From positions 9,442 through 73,441 of the forward strand of contig JAVBRK010000021.1 in assembly GCA_031548005.1 (NCBI GenBank): a DNA stretch of 64,000 nucleotides. The letters run 5' to 3'. A program made the translations under genes and the position numbers. Shown here in pieces: positions 57,916 to 64,000 of this stretch. The notes beneath the pieces are model-generated. The model ran no database searches. It worked only from the letters and a program-made list of their open reading frames with translations, and was not told the DNA's origin. Position 1 is the first letter of the stretch. Each line of letters starts with the position of its first letter. The stretch is from Bacteroidales bacterium. Lineage in GTDB: Bacteria; Bacteroidota; Bacteroidia; Bacteroidales; Azobacteroidaceae.

Positions 57916-59169
57916 ATGGCGAAGAAACAAGAAACGGTTAGTATGATCGATACTTTTGCCGAATTTAAAGAGTTAAAAAATATCGACAGGACCACATTAA
58001 TCAGTGTCCTGGAAGAAGCTTTCCGAAATGTAATCAGCAAAATGTTCGGATCGGACGAAAATTACGATATCATCATCAATCCCGATAAAGGTGATTTTGA
58101 GATCTGGAGAAACCGGGAGGTCGTGGCCGATAACGAACTGGAAGACCCCAACCTGCAAATAACGCTGTCTGAAGCACAAAAAATAGATACAGATTACGAA
58201 GTCGGAGAAGAAATTACCGATGAAGTTAACTTTGCCGGATTCGGTCGCCGCGCCGTACTAAACCTTCGCCAGGCGCTCGCCTCCAAAATTCTGGAGTTGC
58301 AAAAAGATAATTTGTACAATAAATATAAAGACCGGGTCGGTCAGATTGTTGCTGCCGAAGTATACCAGATCTGGAAAAAAGAAATTCTCTTATTAGACGA
58401 CGAAGAAAATGAATTGATTCTGCCGAAATCAGAACAAATACCGGGAGATTTTTTCCGAAAGAACGAAACAGCCCGCGCCGTAGTCGTGAAAGTCGACAAT
58501 CAGAACAACAATCCGAAGATTATTCTTTCCCGGACGTCGAATTTATTTATGCAACGTTTATTCGAACTGGAAGTCCCGGAAATTCATGACGGGTTGATTA
58601 CGATCAAACGGATTGCCCGAATTCCAGGAGAACGTGCAAAAGTAGCCGTAGAGTCCTACGACGACCGCATCGATCCGGTAGGAGCCTGCGTAGGGATGAA
58701 GGGAGCGCGAATCCACGGAATTGTCCGCGAATTGAGAAATGAAAATATCGATGTCATCAACTTTACAAACAATACAGCCCTGTTTATACAGCGAGCTTTA
58801 AGTCCGGCAAAAATCTCTTCCATCAAAATTCATGAAAATGAAAAAAGAGCGGAAGTTTTTCTGCGGCCGGAAGAGGTTTCCCTGGCAATCGGGAAAGGAG
58901 GCTTGAATATCAAGCTTGCAAGCATGTTGACAGAATATACGATCGATGTATTCCGTGACATCGACGCTGATGGAGAAGATATTTACCTGGATGAGTTCAG
59001 CGACGAAATTGAAGAATGGGTTATCGAGGCTCTCAAAAATATTGGATGCTATACCGCGAAGAATGTTTTAGCCATGAGTCGCGAAGATATTATGGAAAAA
59101 GCCGATTTGGAAGAAAACACTGTCGATGATGTGCTGACGGTACTCCAGGCTGAATTTGAAGATGAATAA
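57916..59169 (+). CDS. nusA: Transcription termination/antitermination factor NusA
   Basis: S1 and KH domains: IARIPGERAKVAV, DPVGACVGMKGARI and AIGKGGLNIKLA. Confidence 0.97.
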   Translation: MAKKQETVSMIDTFAEFKELKNIDRTTLISVLEEAFRNVISKMFGSDENYDIIINPDKGDFEIWRNREVVADNELEDPNLQITLSEAQKIDTDYEVGEEITDEVNFAGFGRRAVLNLRQALASKILELQKDNLYNKYKDRVGQIVAAEVYQIWKKEILLLDDEENELILPKSEQIPGDFFRKNETARAVVVKVDNQNNNPKIILSRTSNLFMQRLFELEVPEIHDGLITIKRIARIPGERAKVAVESYDDRIDPVGACVGMKGARIHGIVRELRNENIDVINFTNNTALFIQRALSPAKISSIKIHENEKRAEVFLRPEEVSLAIGKGGLNIKLASMLTEYTIDVFRDIDADGEDIYLDEFSDEIEEWVIEALKNIGCYTAKNVLAMSREDIMEKADLEENTVDDVLTVLQAEFEDE

Positions 59170-59196
59170 ATTTGTATTTCCCTCTAAAAACATTGT

Positions 59197-62133
59197 ATGT
59201 CCATAAGATTAAATAAAGTAACGAGAAATTTGAATGTCGGGCTTTCCACTGTTGTGGAATTCCTGCGGAAAAAAGGTTTTGAAACGGAAGAAAGTCCCAA
59301 CGCCAAGATCAGTGACGAGGAATACGAATTATTGGTGAAAGAATTCAGCAAGGATAAAAATCAGAAAATTGAGTCCGAGCGATTCAGTCAGGAACGTTAC
59401 CATAAAGAGAAAAAAGGAACCGTTGCCGTAGAAGGATATGAAAAAGAAAAGAAAACAGAGATAAAAACGGAAATTCCGGAAGACATCAAACCAAAGTTAA
59501 ACATCAAAGGAAGAATAGAGGACTATACTTCACCTAAAAAAGCCGTCGTAGAGCCGGAAAAAGAAGAGTCTTTGATTCCGGAACAACCGATTGCTGAGGT
59601 GGAAGAAAACCTTCTTCCGGAAGAAGAAATTCTGGAAAATGAAGTTGCCGGGGAAGGAGAAGATTATCCGGAAGCGAGTATGGAGGAGAAAGAAGAAGAA
59701 GATTTCTGCGACGAAGAGGAAGAAGAGGACGAGGACGGAGAGGAACAAGACAATGATGAGGACGAGGAGGAGGATGAGGACGAAGACAACGAGGAGAACG
59801 AGGAAGTAGAATCAATGAATCATAACACCTCGGAAGAAAATACAGACACTCCGGAAAAAGAAGAAACAGTATTTCGTTTAACAAAGCCGGTATTGGAACC
59901 TAAGATCAAAGTTACAGGAATGATCGACCTGGCTTCCATCAACCAGTCTACCCGTCCCAAAAAGAAGTCTAAAGAAGAAAAGAGAAAAGAAAGAGCTGAA
60001 AAAGAAAAGAAAAATATAGTAGTCGAAATCAAAAAAACGGCTCAGGAAGAAGAAAAAGAGGCCAAGAGAGAAAAACCCACCCTCCTGAAAAAAGGCGATC
60101 CGGGCTTTGAGGACTCCAAAAAGAAAAAGCGAAATCGCATCAAGCAGGAGAAAGTCAATATAGAAAGCGGGGCCACTCCCGGAAGGAGCGACAGTTCGCG
60201 GCTGAAACTCCGCAAACCGAATAAAGCGGAAATCAGCGAAGAGGACGTTCAGAAACAAATCAAGGAAACTTTAGCCCGCCTCACCAGTAAAGGGCAGAAA
60301 AAAGGCGCAAAATATCGCCGGGAAAAACGTGATGCCATTTCTCAACGCCAAAGCGAACAGGAGGAAATGGATGAAATGGAAAGCAGAATCATCAAAATAA
60401 CGGAATTCGTAACTGCCAACGACTTGGCTAATATGATGAACGTGCCGGTTGTACAAATCATTTCCACGTGTATGAGTATCGGCATGATGGTTTCCATTAA
60501 CCAACGTCTGGATGCAGAAACAATCAATATCGTAGCTGAAGAGTTCGGGTTCAAGACCGAATATGTCAGCGCTGAAGTTGTTGAAGCCATTGCCGAAGAG
60601 GAAGACCTGGAAGAAGATTTGGTTTCCCGGCCACCGATCGTTACTGTCATGGGACACGTCGACCACGGGAAAACATCCCTGTTGGACAGTGTCCGCAAAA
60701 CGAACGTGATCGCCGGAGAAGCCGGAGGAATCACCCAGCATATCGGTGCATACAATGTAAAACTATCCGATGGAAGGCATATTACATTCTTAGATACACC
60801 CGGACACGAAGCTTTTACTGCCATGCGCGCCCGTGGAGCCAGTGTAACGGATATCGCTATTATCATTGTTGCTGCCGATGACAATGTCATGCCTCAGACT
60901 ACGGAAGCGATTAACCATGCTTCGGCCGCAGGAGTCCCCATCGTTTTTGCAATTAATAAGATCGACAAACCGGGTGCCAATCCGGAAAAGATAAAAGAAA
61001 CCTTAGCCGGTATGAACTACCTGGTCGAGGATTGGGGAGGAAAATACCAATCCCAGGATATTTCCGCCAAACAAGGACTTGGAGTGAAGGAGTTACTGGA
61101 AAGAGTATTACTGGAAGCGGAGCTGCTCGACTTAAAAGCCAATCCCAAAAAACGGGCTATCGGTTCGGTAATCGAATCATCGCTCGATAAGGGACGGGGT
61201 TATGTCGTAACGGTACTGGTTCAGAACGGAACCCTGAAAATGGGAGATATCGTGTTGGCCGGAACACATTACGGAAGGGTCAAAGCAATGTTTAACGAAC
61301 GGAATCAACGAATCACTGAAGCCGGCCCATCCGAGCCGGTACTCATCCTGGGGTTAAGCGGCGCTCCTACTGCGGGAGATTCGTTCCATGTGCTCGAAAC
61401 AGAACAGGAAGCCCGTGAAATTGCTAATAAACGAGAACAATTACAACGCGAACAGGGTTTACGGACTCAAAAAATGTTAACTCTGGATGATATCGGCCGG
61501 CGCATTGCGATCGGAAACTTCCAACAGTTGAATGTGATCGTAAAAGGAGATGTGGACGGATCTGTCGAAGCGCTTTCCGACTCGCTGATCCGACTGTCTA
61601 CCGAAGAAATTCAAGTGAATGTCATACATAAGGGCGTAGGACAGATATCCGAATCGGATGTGGTTCTCGCTGCAGCATCGGATGCTATCATTATCGGGTT
61701 CCAAGTGCGACCATCTCAACCAGCCCGGAAGGCTGCAGAAAAAGACGGGGTAGATATCCGTTTATACTCGATTATCTACGATGCTATGGAAGAAGTGAAA
61801 GCAGCTATGGAAGGAATGCTTTCTCCCGAAATCAAGGAAGAAGTGACAGCCATGGTCGAAATCCGGGAAGTCTTCAAAATTACAAAAGTGGGTACTGTTG
61901 CCGGTTGTATGGTGAAAGAAGGAAAGATTAAGCGCGGAAATAAAATCCGCCTGATACGTGACGGAATCGTGATTTATTCCGGAGAACTCGGTTCTCTTAA
62001 ACGCTTCAAAGATGATGTAAAAGAGGTAGCTTTCGGATATGAATGCGGTTTGAATATCAATAATTTCAATGATATCAAAATCGGAGACATTATCGAATCA
62101 TTTGAAGAAATTGAAGTAAAAAAAACGCTCTAA
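59197..62133 (+). CDS. infB: Translation initiation factor IF-2
   Basis: [30 protein letters not shown] and NKID; long N-terminal region with an acidic tract. Confidence 0.98.
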   Translation: MSIRLNKVTRNLNVGLSTVVEFLRKKGFETEESPNAKISDEEYELLVKEFSKDKNQKIESERFSQERYHKEKKGTVAVEGYEKEKKTEIKTEIPEDIKPKLNIKGRIEDYTSPKKAVVEPEKEESLIPEQPIAEVEENLLPEEEILENEVAGEGEDYPEASMEEKEEEDFCDEEEEEDEDGEEQDNDEDEEEDEDEDNEENEEVESMNHNTSEENTDTPEKEETVFRLTKPVLEPKIKVTGMIDLASINQSTRPKKKSKEEKRKERAEKEKKNIVVEIKKTAQEEEKEAKREKPTLLKKGDPGFEDSKKKKRNRIKQEKVNIESGATPGRSDSSRLKLRKPNKAEISEEDVQKQIKETLARLTSKGQKKGAKYRREKRDAISQRQSEQEEMDEMESRIIKITEFVTANDLANMMNVPVVQIISTCMSIGMMVSINQRLDAETINIVAEEFGFKTEYVSAEVVEAIAEEEDLEEDLVSRPPIVTVMGHVDHGKTSLLDSVRKTNVIAGEAGGITQHIGAYNVKLSDGRHITFLDTPGHEAFTAMRARGASVTDIAIIIVAADDNVMPQTTEAINHASAAGVPIVFAINKIDKPGANPEKIKETLAGMNYLVEDWGGKYQSQDISAKQGLGVKELLERVLLEAELLDLKANPKKRAIGSVIESSLDKGRGYVVTVLVQNGTLKMGDIVLAGTHYGRVKAMFNERNQRITEAGPSEPVLILGLSGAPTAGDSFHVLETEQEAREIANKREQLQREQGLRTQKMLTLDDIGRRIAIGNFQQLNVIVKGDVDGSVEALSDSLIRLSTEEIQVNVIHKGVGQISESDVVLAAASDAIIIGFQVRPSQPARKAAEKDGVDIRLYSIIYDAMEEVKAAMEGMLSPEIKEEVTAMVEIREVFKITKVGTVAGCMVKEGKIKRGNKIRLIRDGIVIYSGELGSLKRFKDDVKEVAFGYECGLNINNFNDIKIGDIIESFEEIEVKKTL

Positions 62134-62140
62134 TTAATAA

Positions 62141-62175
62141 CCGGCAATGAGTGACCGATCATTGCTCATTGCCGG
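62141..62175 (+). other. Stem-loop between infB and cvpA
   Basis: CCGGCAATGAG-N13-CTCATTGCCGG, a perfect 11-bp inverted repeat with no U-tract. Confidence 0.55.
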
Positions 62176-62189
62176 TCATCAAACTAAAT

Positions 62190-62744
62190 ATGAACTGGCT
62201 GGACTTGACCATAACGGTATGTATATCGATTGGTTTGATTAAGGGGTTGTTTGATGGCGTTATCAAACAGGTGATTTCATTTATATCTCTTATTCTGGCA
62301 ATCATATTTGCAGAAAGGATAGCCGAACCTATACGAAATATTCTTTTAAAATATTCATTTTTTACTGATACCCTTCCGGATTACATCGTAACCTGCATTT
62401 GCTACATTCTGGCCTTTTCAGGAATTGTCATTGCTTTATACTGGTTGGGAAAACTACTCCATGAAGCGATCAAGGTTACGCCCGCCAAAAGTCTCAATTA
62501 TTTACTGGGCGGTCTTTTCGGAATTTTCAAATGGGTTTTGTTCCTGAGCCTGTTATTTACCATACTAACGGTTTTTGATCCGAATTCACGGGTGATCAGT
62601 AAACAAATCAAAAAAGAATCTGTTTTATTTAATAAGGTGAGAAGTATTGTACCTGCTCTATATCCATATGTCAAAAACTACTTCAACTACAAAAAAATTA
62701 ATGAGGAGAATGATGACAGAAGTGTTTGCAGGGAAGTAATTTAG
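62190..62744 (+). CDS. cvpA: CvpA (colicin V production) family membrane protein
   Basis: Start ATG 62190, [17 protein letters not shown]; four TM helices; [10 protein letters not shown]. Confidence 0.88.
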   Translation: MNWLDLTITVCISIGLIKGLFDGVIKQVISFISLILAIIFAERIAEPIRNILLKYSFFTDTLPDYIVTCICYILAFSGIVIALYWLGKLLHEAIKVTPAKSLNYLLGGLFGIFKWVLFLSLLFTILTVFDPNSRVISKQIKKESVLFNKVRSIVPALYPYVKNYFNYKKINEENDDRSVCREVI

Positions 62745-62751
62745 AATAATT

Positions 62752-64000
62752 ATGGATGATTACCAGAACGAAATATTAGATGAGTTAACGGCCGGTGAAT
62801 ATAAGTACGGTTTTGTTACGGAAGTCGAAACAGAATATGTTCCGAAAGGCTTAAACGAGGATATTATCCGTACCATCTCGAAAAAAAAAGAGGAGCCTGA
62901 ATGGATGCTTCAATTCCGGTTAAAAGCGTTTCAGCACTGGAAAGAAATGAAAATGCCGGAATGGGCCCACCTGAAAATCCCGGTAATCGATTATCAGGAC
63001 ATCATTTATTATGCAGCTCCCAAGAAAAAAAAAGAACTCCAGAGCATCGACGAAGTAGATCCTGAGTTATTGAAAACATTCAATAAACTGGGAATTCCTC
63101 TTGAAGAACAAAAAATCCTGGCTGGAGTGAAAGACACAGGAATAGCCGTAGACGCTGTAATGGACAGTGTTTCGGTTAAAACGACATACAAAGAGGCTCT
63201 GGCAGAAAAAGGAATTATTTTCTGTTCATTCAGCGAGGCAGTCAAAGACCATCCCGAACTGATTCAAAAATACATGGGCTCGGTAGTACCCTACCGGGAT
63301 AACTTTTTTGCAGCTCTCAACTCTGCAGTATTCAGTGACGGTTCGTTTGTATACATTCCCAAAGGGGTTCGCTGCCCGATGGAACTTTCCACTTATTTTC
63401 GTATCAATGCCTTGAATACCGGACAATTTGAGCGTACACTAATCGTTGCTGAAGATAATTCCTATGTTAGTTATCTCGAAGGTTGTACAGCTCCGATGCG
63501 GGATGAAAACCAACTCCACGCAGCAATCGTGGAAATTGTAGCCATGGAAAACGCCGAAGTAAAATACTCCACCGTCCAGAACTGGTATCCCGGCGACAAG
63601 GAAGGAAAAGGCGGAATCTACAATTTTGTAACCAAGCGGGGAATCTGCAAAGGAAATAACTCAAAAATATCCTGGACACAGGTTGAAACCGGATCGGCGA
63701 TTACCTGGAAATACCCGAGTTGCATCCTGAAAGGAGATAATTCGGTAGGGGAATTTTATTCGGTTGCAGTAACTAATCATCACCAGCAGGCAGATACCGG
63801 GACCAAAATGGTGCACATAGGAAAGAATACCAAAAGCCGTATTGTTTCAAAAGGAATCTCAGCAGGGCTGAGCCAGAATAGCTACCGCGGATTGGTGCGC
63901 ATCATGAAAACGGCCGAAAACGCGCGTAACCACTCGCAATGCGATAGCCTGTTATTGAGTGATCGTTGTGGCTCTCATACCTTTCCATATATGGATATTC
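62752..64000 (+). CDS. sufB: Fe-S cluster assembly protein SufB; 3'-truncated by the window edge and absent from the supplied ORF track
   Basis: ATG 62752 [39 protein letters not shown]; [41 protein letters not shown] and TWKYPS. Confidence 0.95.
   Translation, partial: MDDYQNEILDELTAGEYKYGFVTEVETEYVPKGLNEDIIRTISKKKEEPEWMLQFRLKAFQHWKEMKMPEWAHLKIPVIDYQDIIYYAAPKKKKELQSIDEVDPELLKTFNKLGIPLEEQKILAGVKDTGIAVDAVMDSVSVKTTYKEALAEKGIIFCSFSEAVKDHPELIQKYMGSVVPYRDNFFAALNSAVFSDGSFVYIPKGVRCPMELSTYFRINALNTGQFERTLIVAEDNSYVSYLEGCTAPMRDENQLHAAIVEIVAMENAEVKYSTVQNWYPGDKEGKGGIYNFVTKRGICKGNNSKISWTQVETGSAITWKYPSCILKGDNSVGEFYSVAVTNHHQQADTGTKMVHIGKNTKSRIVSKGISAGLSQNSYRGLVRIMKTAENARNHSQCDSLLLSDRCGSHTFPYMDI

Noticed and set aside
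135-63679. Many 60-180-aa antisense or alternate-frame ORFs in the supplied track
   Set aside because: They lie within well-supported genes and have no recognizable motifs; treated as shadow ORFs.
1-64000. CRISPR array, tRNA, rRNA or IS element
   Set aside because: No regularly spaced repeats with unique spacers, cloverleaf or rRNA-like segments, or transposase ORFs were seen; intergenic gaps are short.

Overview
Chromosomal window from a Bacteroidales (Bacteroidota) bacterium, judged from TAnnTTTG-type promoters, a T9SS C-terminal domain, the nqrA-F operon and the rimP-nusA-infB-cvpA-sufB order. Housekeeping blocks are nqrABCDEF, a relA/spoT homolog, comM/yifB, a DEAD-box helicase, rimP-nusA-infB and a partial sufB. 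They flank a 20-kb minus-strand locus (19707-39928) with one membrane-fusion protein, two ABC ATPases and seven tandem ~780-aa MacB/FtsX-type permeases. The permease bodies are divergent but their DNA termini and junctions are homogenized. A HigBA-like toxin-antitoxin cassette sits inside the array, bracketed by direct and inverted repeats that could form a long-range anti-terminator. The array and a divergent OmpA-C protein with a 23-aa-repeat stalk appear to have back-to-back sigma-54 promoters around one shared enhancer pair. Also present: an ECF sigma factor with a dual-membrane-spanning anti-sigma, a two-component system facing an outer-membrane barrel gene, an orphan multimodular GH43, a GH123 lipoprotein, a very acidic insert in IF2, and strong CCGG over-representation. 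No rRNA, tRNA, CRISPR array, transposase or integrase was seen. All calls are from reading motifs by eye; no searches were run.
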